64,000 bases of DNA from Nemertoderma westbladi. Its lineage: Eukaryota; Animalia; Xenacoelomorpha. The DNA lies in assembly GCA_032718475.1 (NCBI GenBank), contig JAUCBJ010003564.1, positions 62,001 through 126,000 on the forward strand, in the 5' to 3' direction. The translations under genes and the position numbers were made by a program. Below the pieces are notes generated by a model. That model had not been told where the DNA came from. It saw only the letters and a program-made list of their open reading frames with translations, and ran no database searches. Shown piece by piece: positions 50,901 to 64,000 of the stretch; position 1 is the first letter of the stretch; each line of letters starts with the position of its first letter.

Positions 50901-53141
50901 AGTTGATTGGGAATGTAAATTATCTACAAATGAAACAGAATAAAATAGCGGATGTGTATTTTATTCATTATCAGGAAGAATATTGAATGATGGCAGTGAT
51001 GTTGTGACGAAGGGCCTAATAGCGCAGGAGTTAACGCCGCAGGTCCTAACTGCCCAGGTCCTAACAGCTAAAAGATTTAATAATGAAGAAGGAGCGAGGG
51101 GGGCACTATTGGCGCAATAAAAAAAGAACCCCCCCCCCCCCCCCCCCCCCCCCCCAAGAGGAAATCGATGCAATTAACAGCTGATGCAAATATGATACTG
51201 TAAACTGTTCTGCTGGCTCGTTTATTGTTTTGATGAGATTAACATGCCAATGTAATCTGCTCCTTTTCCTTTCCCTTAATAGATCATTAATGTTGTTTAT
51301 ATTAATGAATATTAATAATAATGTTGGAATGGAACTTGCGTCAATATATTAGTTACGATAGTGACTGATTTGATATAATATTATATTAAAACGTTTAATA
51401 TTTCCTGAATAAAGGCTGATCATAATCTAACTGCGCAATGCTCTAAGATAGATAATAATTATGGTCGCGATGTTCAAAAGCAGAGAATGTAATTATTCCG
51501 TATTGAAAACTTGAGAGATCAATAATCGTCAACAATGTCATGTTTCCTTCCTAAGGGCAGGATTCTAGTGGAGAGAGAGGCAGAATAATTGAGGTAGAAC
51601 CCGAATTTACCTTTCATTGATTTCTAGTGTTGCCACAATGGTTTATTAATAGGCCAACCTAGTGGTTGAGTAATCATTGAATTAACCTGAGTACCCTCAT
51701 TGCGAAATGGAAAATCAATGGGTTTATATTGCTTTTCACAGAGTCACGACTTGGTTACCAAGGTTACGTTTCGGGAAAGCGTCTTGTTTTATTAAAATCC
51801 AAAAGTCCTAATGGTTTTTTTTACCTAAGGACGTGGTTTGGGTGCGAAATGTCGAATTTTCAACTAATTTCGTAGTCAGAGTGAATTCTCATCCGTAAGT
51901 AATCCATTAAATCCTCTCCGCAAACAACAAGAGTAATTATTTAAGCTACTACGGAGGCTGTCCATCATTTTTTCTTTGGATAAAATCAATCGAAGTATCT
52001 AAGAATGCCAATTAGCATGTCACCATAACGTGAAATGGAAATTTTATTTCTATAAATATTGGCCATATACTTGTAACAATATATGTAAATTAGTTTCTTG
52101 AATTAATTCTAAAATATTTCTCCATCAAAATATGAAATAAATTATCAGACACAGGGGAAATCACCGAGAGATGGTAGAGATGCCCACGAACAGTACTGGG
52201 CTTATGCCCGCGGGTATTAATATATCCCTCATTCATTAAACACCGCGAAGAGTGCGGATGAAGGCCACCTGCGGACTCGGTTTCCGGGAGTAAATCCGGC
52301 ACCAATATATCCTCGGCCTCGCTCAACACCCTGAATGGTGCGAATAATAAAGTATATTTGCCGATATCAATCCACAAGGTAGATAACAAAAACATTGGAT
52401 CAATTTCGCAGCTACTATGCGCATATGGAACAAATAGGGAAATACGACGATGCAACCCTATACTCGGTACCGGTACCCTACCGCTGACTACTGTTAATTA
52501 AATCCCCCAACACGCCTTCTACTTCACGGCAGCTGTTCCGCCACCTGAATCCTGACCCTGGGGAACCATAGGCTGTCTTTCATCATAGCTAACATATTCT
52601 TCATAACCAACACGTCTGCAAAAATTATATGTTACCATACCACCACTGTAGTTACAGAAACTCCAAAAATGTACTCATTAGTGCGCATAATATATTGGTT
52701 GGGGTTCACACCTGGTTGACCGCCAACTCCTATAGCTATACTACAGTAGGCCTACCTGGGTTCCAACCAAGGTCATTGTTGAGTTTGGGATACTACTCGC
52801 TTCTCGCGAGTACTACGCCGCACTACGGGCTACTACTAGGAATAGCGGAGCCAATCAAACATATCGATCTACCATAATTAAAAAATGAAAACAATTCATA
52901 AACCCACGAACTTTTAAAATTAAATGCCAAAATCTAAAAATTATTATGGCCATACTATATCATTAACAATTAAATTAATACAAATATGGAATGAATTACC
53001 ACGGTCAGTAACTTCCCAACCCCAAACCAAAAGTACCACCGCGATGACCTACAGTAACATAGAACCCAAAAATAAAAGTATTACATATTTATTTTTATTT
53101 TTATTGTTTTACGTAAATTGTGTTCTTTTAGTTATTACTGC

Positions 53142-53419
53142 GCCCATGTGAAGAATACCAGGATTTCACTTTTCGGTCGACTTTTTATTGGAATTTTATA
53201 TATGAAGATTTTTTATTTTTTTTTATTTATCTTTATTACGTGTTTTATAGCGCTTATTTCTGTCTTATAACCTGTACATATACTAATTCGTTTATTGTTT
53301 TGGTTAGATTCAGCCCTTCTGTAACCTGTGGTTTTGGTGAAAACCTGGTATTCTTCACATGGGGGTTACTGCAAAGTGAAATATAACGGCAGAAAGTCTG
53401 GTATTATTCACATGGGCCT
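53142..53419. mobile_element. MITE with (G)CCCATGTGAAGAATACCAG TIRs and a duplicated right end
   Basis: cccatgtgaagaataccagg near 53143 versus cctggtattcttcacatggg near 53344, and a second variant near 53398-53418. Confidence 0.65.
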
Positions 53420-54759
53420 ATTACTGTATTATTTCTAATTTGTGCAATATCTATGATTTTAGGAATTCATTAGGGGTTAGTGTATGTTTAGGTAGATATG
53501 TAATGTAGAACCAAAAATTAAATGTCTGACCGTGCAGTCTGACGTGTATTACTGTATTCTATATTACCAGTTACCATGTGTAACTGAATGGTGTCTGTGA
53601 AATTAACTAATTACACGTTAATTACCTAATTACACGATGCAGTTTGAATATGAAAATAAAATAATAAAAAATAATGATTGCAGTGGACCTCATTAATTTT
53701 TAGTAATAAATTTTAATCAGAATTTTTAATGAGCCTAATAAAATCTATGTGGGGCGAGGCGAGCCACGAAAATAAGCGAGCTTAGCATACGGGTCCAACT
53801 AACTAAATCATTGTGTCTGTAGATCTGTCGTTTTGTAAATTCGTGTTTTTAAACGTTAAACTCAGCTAATCCTCGATGAAATCTAACCAAACTTGGTACA
53901 CATTTTGTTTGGAAAAAGTTATAAATTTTCCAAATAGAATTTGCGTGGGGCCTTCAGGACGACCGCAACGAGGCTAATGAAGGAGTCTAGAATTGTAAAA
54001 CTAGAAATGTCATACTTAACTTAAATAGCCCTATAGTTAGTTGGTTTACAAATGACAGTTAAAGCGTGTAAGGGCAAACTGAAATAGACCTGTTTATTAC
54101 AACCAGTTTAACGCAAACTGAAAGCATCGCTCATTGATATTTTGGGAATGACGGTTTTCGTATATCTAATAGAGATTAGTACACTTTCTTATATAGGCTC
54201 TTCTGCTTTGCGAAGGCCCCACAACGTGCAATGATATAAGTAAAACATAAACAACACAAGGGAGTTGCCGTAATGCGACAGCAGCTCCATCTGTATCGCG
54301 ACTTTTTCGAGTACCCGAGCCGAACCGTCACTGCCCAAGTAGACCCCCTGTAATTGGTCATGTCTCATCTCATCCGAAATTAAAACTGTGCAGTAGTAAT
54401 ACTAACTCTAAATTTGTCACATTATGCCTTGGGGTTAGGGTTACCGTACTGTTTTATTTATGGTTGGGGTGAGGCGCCGCTACTAAAACATGCGCATACA
54501 TACTATTCCGGTGCTTTACGATCCGTGCATTTACAGTTATATGTAGAAGCACAAAGTCTGAGTAGTTTTTCTGCCAGTTTTATGAACTTTTCAGTAACTT
54601 TTTATAGTGATCGTAAAAACTTGATTATGCTCCATGGTGGCGGACTATAAGGACTAAGGAAATCCAGTAAGGCAGGTCAGGCTGCCAGATAAAGCAATAA
54701 TGCATCATCGGGTGTGTGTTCACTGGAGAGTAGGCGTAAGACAAGTAAGCCTTATAATA

Positions 54760-55185
54760 TAGTACTACTACTATCGGCATGCTGCATTGAAGCTGCATTA
54801 TTTAGAATGCTGTGCCGGCTTGTCGACAAAATTGCGCTGCCACAACTCCCTATCACCCATGACATTTGCGAGATCATCCGCATCTTCAAGGCCAGTGTCA
54901 TTTAAGATGCATCTCAAGAAAGTCATGGGCTGTCCACCATGCTTATTCGCTCCATGAGGGCGCCAAAGCACAAGATTATGCACTGGCTGGTCCTCATGGC
55001 GAAAGCAATCTCCTGCAAAGCGGAGGCGGTTTCGTTCAAGTGTCAAGCTAGCAAGCTAGGGAAGACTAATGAAACACCGTGAATACACTAATGAATACAC
55101 AATGTTTTATAGTCTGATTGGAGATGTGTTCATTGTAACAATGAACCCGGCGCAGCATTCTTGTAAAAGTGCCATCAAGAGATTT
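54760..55185 (-). mobile_element. RTE-like LINE 3' fragment
   Basis: LERNRLRFAGDCFRHEDQPVHNLVLW.PH...GGQPMTF...DRELWQR with a (TAG)n tail; paralog of 56690-57470 in the opposite orientation. Confidence 0.8.
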
Positions 55186-55472
55186 ATAATTTATTATTGG
55201 TGTTATGGGTGAATGAGTGGTTTCATATGAGCGGAGGTCACCAGTTCGATCCCACCTGGGCGTCATTGCCGACTTTGCAAAAACTGTGCCCAACAAAAAG
55301 TTATAAATCAAGAGATTTGGTATCCTCTGCAGTTAGAGCCCAGCCTGGACATAGACTTCCATAACAGTAGGTATAAGACAATAGGAATATAGACATATTA
55401 CTGTATTACAAAACAGGTCTGAAATAATTAATTAAGATTGTTGTTTAATTAGAGAATATTTTGTTCACTCAC

Positions 55473-55706
55473 TGTTTTTTCGTCGCAAGACAACCTCCAA
55501 TTGATCGCAAACTTCATCTTCGAAGGCCCGCCGAATGCGCTCCACGTGTTCCGATGAGACCGAACGATCGTCCGCCATAAAGGACAGACCTCCCGCTTTC
55601 AGCATTATCTCAGCTCTGTGGTAACCAGTAATCGTACAGAAGGATTCGTTGCAATAAACTATAGGATGGTCTACTATCCGTGCGCTGGCAAGTAGGAAAC
55701 TGCTAT
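55473..55706 (-). CDS. eag: Eag-subfamily K+ channel exon (PAS domain); first coding exon not found in the window
   Basis: SSFLLASARIVDHPIVYCNESFCTITGYHRAEIM...QLEVVLRRKN matches the Eag PAS motif F.L.NAQIVD.PIVY.N..FC...GY.RAEVM. Acceptor CACACAG, donor GTGAGT, phase 1/1. Confidence 0.93.
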
Positions 55707-56081
55707 CTGTGTGACAAAAAATTAAAATAATGTAACGAAGACAAGTGAATAAGAGGGGGGGGGGGGGGGGGGGGTTGATAGCATGACCCACATACCATCT
55801 TGGCGAATTAATATCGCGCTCAATGTTATATTATGGATTCAAATCCACAGAAAAAGTTTCACTGAGGAATTCTAGGAATCCTTTATTCTTACGAGGAAAT
55901 ACTCAACTCCTCCTATCTCCCTACCTACCTCCTATATTGGAAATACCCCCCAATAATATTTATGTTAGGATTAATGTGCAGCGTTACCTAAACAAGCGAG
56001 AGTGAAGTAAATATATAACGGCGCCGACGACGGCCTTCTAGAATGTGTTAGAAGGCCGTGATTAATATATTAATAACGAAC

Positions 56082-56668
56082 GTATGGCGGAACAGAAGGG
56101 CCAATTAGATTATTTTTTATTTTTGACAGACAAATTGGTTTATTTATTTTTTTTAACTGAAAAAATAAACAAAAACAAAATTTTAGATAAGAATTGGTTT
56201 AATTCGATTAATATTTTTATAACCAGAATAAATAAACCAAAAACCAATTCATAGTAGTCGCTATTTTGATTAGACAGGATATTGAGTGCTTCTCTGGTAT
56301 AGTACAATATGTCTGATCATGATCAAGTGGATATTACACCTGATGAACTTATTATTTATTATTTTAAATTGCGGATTTCTGCAAGGGAAACCAAGTAATA
56401 TTATCTCAAAGGTGAAACGATACCGTCAAAAACTACAGTTAAAGTCAAGAAATTTCGAAAAGTAGACAGTCAGATTGGTGACATTTTTAGTTGCAATAAT
56501 AATGGAGCTCCAGGATGGTGCGATGAATTGAATGAAATGAATAAACTAATTAAACAAATTCTTATCTAAAATTTTGGTTTTTGTTTATTTTTTTCAGGTT
56601 AAAAAAATAAACCAATTTGTTAGTCAAAAATAAAAAATAATCAAATTGGCCCTTCTGGTCCACCATAC
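56082..56668. mobile_element. MITE with ~130-bp imperfect TIRs and possible 4-bp TSD (GAAC)
   Basis: gtatggcggaacagaagggccaatt.gattattttttatttttgac versus gtcaaaaataaaaaataatcaaattggcccttctggtccaccatac. Confidence 0.75.
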
Positions 56669-56689
56669 GAACGTGTTGTAGTGTTATGA

Positions 56690-57470
56690 TGATGATGGGG
56701 TGATGATAACTCCACCTACTGGCTCCAGAAGTCGAGGAAATCCTGCCAAGTACCTAACTGATCTAGACTTTGCTGATGACTTAGGAGTACTCTCAGAATC
56801 ATTAGAGGGAGCCCAACGGCTCCTCAGCTCATTAGAACATGCTGCTTCTAGTGTTGGTCTTTTTATTAACTCCAGAAAGACCAAAATTTTGACAGTTAAC
56901 TTTGAAAGTTCTCAGCAAGTCTCTGATCGGATGAGCATAAGCTCAAAGGATGATATGCTTGAGCATGTGGACGACTTCTGTTACCTGGGATCATGGATCC
57001 GGAAGTCAGGTGAAGACCTTCGAATACGTAAGGGAAAGGCATGGGCCGCCTTGAATACGCTTTCCAGGATTTGGAAGTCACCGAGAATTAATCGGAAACT
57101 TAAGGCCCGATTATTTAGAGCAGCAGTAGTTCCAGTACTCCTCTATGGGACTCCATGCTGGGCTCTAACTGCTGAGGACACCAAATCTCTGGATGGCACA
57201 TTCACAAGAATGCTACGCCGGGTTCATTGTGTCAAGTACAATGCACACATCTCCAACCAGACACTATATAACATTGGAGGTGTCTCATTGGTTCCCCCAA
57301 GCTTGACACTAGAACAAAATCGCCTCCGCTTCGCAGGACATTGCTTTCGCCGTGAGGACCAGCCAGTGCATAATCTTGTACTTTGGCAGCCTCATGTAGT
57401 GATTAAGCATGGTGGACAACCCATGACTTTCTCGAGACGCTGCAATGCAGCATGACGATACTAGTAGTAG
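56690..57470 (+). mobile_element. 5'-truncated RTE-like LINE (RT C-terminal half)
   Basis: LTDLDFADDL...GLFINSRKTK...VDDFCYLGS...LFRAAVVPVLLYG...LRFAGHCFR, followed by a tagtagtag tail. Confidence 0.9.
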
Positions 57471-59100
57471 TATACTCGGGTGGAGTACAGTATATCTCCA
57501 CGTATAATAGTAATAATACTTCTGATCGCAGAAAAATAACAACTGTACCGGTATGTATTCAGTGTGCAGTCCTCGTGAGTCAGCAGTCTGACTGGTAGCC
57601 GAAAACTATCAGTTTCCCTTCTTCAGGTTCGATGACCTTTGTATATCCTCTACAGAGCTACAGTGTATTAATTACAGTATAAAATGGGTGTTTGTACCTC
57701 TATATGAAGCAATGGAGAGATGTGAAAAGAACGAATAATGTAGGGAAGGTGCATATCACCAAATTACATTATAAATAAGGTATTTAGTAATATATGTGTG
57801 TAAAATATATTTCATTAGCTTTGATGCTAGTGGAATTCCGCGCGAAGAACAATCAATCATTATATAAAAATAAATCAATAATAGGCGTGGTTTCGGGAAA
57901 ATAACATCAAAAAATTCAAAGCGGCGCCGCACTACTGTAAGTGCAAGGTACCAAATGTAATGAATCATTTAAGAGATAAAAATAGATTGGGATTTTTTAA
58001 GCGGAAATGAAATTCGATTTTTGGGTGTTGGTTTTTCTGAGAACGCTGCGTGCAGAAACCATGTAAACTAAGTGCGTTCGTTCAATAACTGCTGTACTTA
58101 CTGGATGTACTGTATGTCCTGACCTTTTAAATGATGGAAACTGTGCCGTATATATATTATTTAATTATCCGTGACCGTATTATGGAGTTTATTATTCTCC
58201 AAACATACTGTACCCGAAACCCGAATATCCATAGCTGTATTAGTCTATGTACATGTACAATGTGCATCCACTCATACAGCTATGGATATTCGGGCCCACC
58301 TTTACTCCAATAAATTGCACCAAAACAGCTCGTATAGTTACTTCGGTTCCCATCGGACACTTTCCCAGTCAATTAGCGCAATATGAAGGATGAAAGATAA
58401 ATGAAGGGTGTTGGAGAGTGGAGATTAGGGAAATATTCCTTATAAAGTGCCTTTGTCGTCACGGCAGTTAGAGAGTGACAATGTATGCAGATTACAGTGA
58501 TACGGAGAAATCGACCAACTACACAACCGTCACAACACTTCAACAAGTACATATTAATCCATTAACAACTCATATGTCGCTCACAAGAGATTTAGTTGAA
58601 TAGTGAGTCATACATTATGAGTTGACATTGAGATTGTGGGGAGGGGGGGGGGGGGGGGGGTGGTTGGCGGTGGTGGTGGGAGGGGAGCGGAGGGCACCAC
58701 ACCATACCACACCCCAGCCCCCCCCCCCCCTCCCCTTGTTGAAATTGAATACTTACCGGAAGTGAATGCTTACCGGAAGTGTGCCGTACAAGTTATAGAT
58801 TCGCGCCGTACCCCGTACGTGATTAACAGGATACATAAATATAATAACAAACAAACTGTACAAGAAAGCTTATACTACAGGAATTAAGATAAATACTGAT
58901 TTAGGATACAGATGGACCGGTACGTACGCTGGAAATTATATGATACAAGGTGGATGAACCAGGACAAGGAAGGTTTCATCCTCCCTATGTATCAATCATA
59001 TAATTTCCGCTTTTTATAATGTACTGTAATGAATTGTCATTCATTGTACTGTATTACCGTAGTATTTCTACCTGAGTAAATATTTGTACCTTTGGTGAAT

Positions 59101-59325
59101 CTACTACTACTAGGTCGAGCGAACTCGGACAGTGGAAATGAGATCCTTCCAGGCTTCCCGATTCTCCATAGTTGTCGCAATTTCGTTTCTCCCAAGTTCA
59201 GTATCCCTTTCAAGTTGATCTATATATGTTATGGCCGGTCGTCCACGACTACGCTTTCCATGAGTTGGTTGACAGAAAAGTAGATCTGGTATGACCTCGT
59301 CTTTACTCGTCTTTGCAGTGCCCAC
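59101..59325 (-). mobile_element. RTE-like LINE 3' terminus with (TAG)n tail
   Basis: LLFCQPTHGKRSRGRPAITYIDQLERDT...MENREAWK; ends gttcgctcgacc(tag)4. Confidence 0.85.
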
Positions 59326-60329
59326 TGACTGCGTTCACGGAGGGTGGTTGATACTACTCTACTGATTCTACTAGAGTCTCTACTACCATTAATCATACTA
59401 ATTATCAGCCGCTTATCTCTCTACCCTCGACAGAGACTTTTCTCTACAATAGGACCCCTGATCTAGAGCCGTTAAGCGACGACACAACGTAAGTGAGACC
59501 GGTCACAAGCCGAGAATAATTTTACATAATTTATTGTGGAATCTATGCTGTTTTACAACAGATTATCTCCGCTTCCTGTATGGATGGATTGAAACTACCT
59601 AAATGACATTAAGGGGGGTAGGTATACCCCACCCCATTCAACTCGAAACGAACCGCAGTAATGAAAATAGTAGTATGTTTAATCCACGCAGGAAGAAATT
59701 AACTGAATTTCCTTTCAATACACAACTAAATGCCGGGTAGAGTTTGATTTAATTAATCCATCTTATAAACCATACACTGTGTACGCAGGTACACAGCCAC
59801 CCTCAACCCGCACCAGACACTGTGTACGCAGGGACACAGCCACCCTCAACCCGCACCAGACGCTGTGAATAGGTTTAAATGAGAGACCCTGCTGCCGTTA
59901 CCGCGCTTGACTGACCGCAAATATTCTGCACCCTATTTAAATTTAATGATTAATCAATTTTCGTAGAAGTCAAATAAATAAGTTTACCTGATTCAGTCTG
60001 AGACAGGGGGGAGGGACTGGACGCAAATCCCATCTTGGCGAATTAATGTCCCGCCTCAATGTTAAATTCTCAATTTAGGGAAAGGAGCAGGTTGCAGTGG
60101 CACGTTATTTTAACCAAAACAGTAAACTAAGCACAATAGAACAGGTTACAGTTTTAATTTTGAGAATAATCAGCTGTTATTTGCGTCGAAGTACCCCTGG
60201 AGGGGGATGAATTTTTATTGCGTCCAGTCCCCCCCCCCCCCCCCCCCCCCCCCCAGTGTGTTCTGTGGTTCATTTTAATATTATATTCGCCCCCCAATTA
60301 TATGTCAGATTGAAGTGGAAGAAACATTA

Positions 60330-61900
60330 AGATTAATTTATAATTATATTGTTTAATAAATTGCATCGCAAGTTAAGTAAAAAACCTTACCGGTAGGTAT
60401 GCAAGGACCAAAGTACTGTATGTAAAAAACTAAATAGCAACTGGACCTAGACGGTGCGATGCAATCAGTGATCAGTTTCGTCTTACGAAGGGAGGCATTA
60501 TTGGGAGGTCAAGCCAAGAGATGACATTACTTAGAGTTTGAAATCCCAAAGGGAGAAGGAACGGACAATGAAACAAAGATATACCAGCAACTATCCACTG
60601 GGAAGCAGCACCACAAACTTGTGCCAACACGTTTCTGCTTCATGATAATGCGCCGGCACATGCGATGATCCAACACGAGCTCACTGCTGTTAAAGCCGCA
60701 TGGGGGCGTGTGAGCAGTAGTCTTGAGGACGGGGTACCAGCGCGCTTGTTCCCTCAGAGGTCATTGACCCGGTGGATCCTGCAACTGCAGTCAATTCCAG
60801 GTGCATTATCTGTAAGTTTGAGTACCGAGGTCGGGCAACCGATCTGTTTGTGCGAAGGATGCGTGGTCTCATACCATCAACGTTGTGCACACAGCCAGTT
60901 CGGTTTGTTTTCACAACATCCAAACTGCGCCAGTCGCTCCCATCTATCTCTGAAACGATGTTAGAACAATTGCGACCTGGACAATTGCGACCCGGACAAT
61001 TGCGACCCGGACAATTGCGACCCGGTCAATTGCGACCCATGATTTTATAAAAAATTATGGGTCGCAATTGTCCGGGTCGCAATTGTCCGGGTCGCAATTG
61101 TCCGGATCCAGATAAAAATATGTAATGTATATCATTGATAAATATCATTGTATATCATTGACAATTGCGACCCGGACAATTGCGACCCGGTCAATTGCGA
61201 CCCATGTTTTTAAGTAAAAATTATGGGTCGCAATTGTCCGGGTCGCAATTATCCGGGTCGCATTTGTCCGGGTCGCAATTGTCCGGTCTCCCTCTGAAAC
61301 ACTCTGTCCCAAGTATTCTTGCTTCTAACGTCGTGTATTCATTCTCTTGTTCCTCTTGTAAGGTGGACACACTATCTAACACTTGTTTAAACAGCACCAT
61401 CATGGAGGTGAACAAGGCAAGACTGAACACAACCACATCATGACACACCGTGGGCTATTAAAACATTTCAAAGTAATTGCACTATTGTTGCCTCTTCTGC
61501 AAAAGATTGAAATGTATTATATTCGCACTCACCGGCCCGTTGCCGTTATCATCCAGCAGAAACGTGATTGGCGCAAGTTTGTGGTGCTGCTTCCCAGTGG
61601 ATAGTTACTGGTATCTCTTTGTTTCATTGCCCGTTCCTTCTCCCTTTTGGGACTTCTCAATTCATCTCTAAATGTCATCTCTTGGCTTGGCCTCCCAAGA
61701 ATGCCTTCCTTCCTTCGTGAGGCGATACCTACCGATCAGCTGGCTGCCGTCAGCTGTCACTGTTTGCATGCAACCGTCTATAGGTCCAGCTGCTCTTTAG
61801 TTTTTTACATACAGTACTTTGGTCCTTGCATACCTACCGGTAAGATTTTTTACTTAACTTGCAAAACAATTAATAAATAATATAATAATTATCAATTAAT
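60330..61900. mobile_element. Foldback-like element with ~340-370-bp inverted arms and an internal palindromic 15-bp repeat cassette
   Basis: 60330-60665 is the diverged reverse complement of 61525-61900; the centre (60967-61287) has two (gacaattgcgacccg)n / (cgggtcgcaattgtc)n palindromes. Confidence 0.8.
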
Positions 61901-62328
61901 AATTATGTCAACTACATCGGAACACTCATTGCTTTGTTTGGTATTAATTTCACCGGTTTTACAAACAGCGACTCAAACAATGAAACTGCTAACTAAATTG
62001 TTTATATTCCTTCCCTAAATGAATCGAATTGTAAATATAAATTATTTACGGATCCATTAAAATTGTTTCACTTATAGGCAAAGTATGGGTAATAAGTAAC
62101 CCCAATTAACGTAATTGATCGTTTTTCTGCCAACATGTTTGTCAGTTCATCTGTTTGTCAATGCCAGGCACCAAGCAGTATTACAGTATTTCCAAGAATC
62201 TGCACCAGCGATCGTCAATAAACTGGAACATAGACAGGCGAAAATGTCCGGGAGCCATTCATCCAACGAACATTCAAAGTACGAAGTCTGATGGTAAGAA
62301 TATCATATAATAAAAATTATAACTACTA

Positions 62329-64000
<1,672 letters not shown>

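Noticed and set aside
55205-55270. tRNA gene candidates (B-box-like gttcgatccc here and at ~6418)
   Set aside because: No cloverleaf; at most decayed tRNA-derived SINE heads.

Overview
Animal (invertebrate-like), AT-rich eukaryotic genomic DNA; no bacterial genes and no CRISPR array. The scaffold is a minus-strand Eag-subfamily voltage-gated K+ channel gene (eag/KCNH1/KCNH5-like), seen as five GT-AG exons from the PAS domain to S3. One ~42.8 kb intron is packed with transposons and satellites. The main feature is a recent 18.6 kb BEL/Pao LTR retrotransposon (20122-38750, minus strand, ~2.18 kb near-identical LTRs, GGTCG target-site duplication). Its gag-pol is interrupted by an in-frame TAG and an RNase H deletion. 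In the env position it carries an open 1009-aa ORF with a DEDDy-type (WRN/RNase D/Mut-7-like) 3'-5' exonuclease and three CCHC zinc knuckles, and a hairpin sits where the tRNA primer-binding site should be. Other features: a tRNA-like Pol III unit with a minimal hammerhead ribozyme between its A and B boxes, a Helitron remnant next to a perfect 2.2 kb (TATC)n tract, an old LINE split by three nested insertions, a 146-bp-period array of CTCF-like motifs, several MITE/MULE elements and many minisatellites. All calls were made by reading motifs by eye; no searches or alignments were run.
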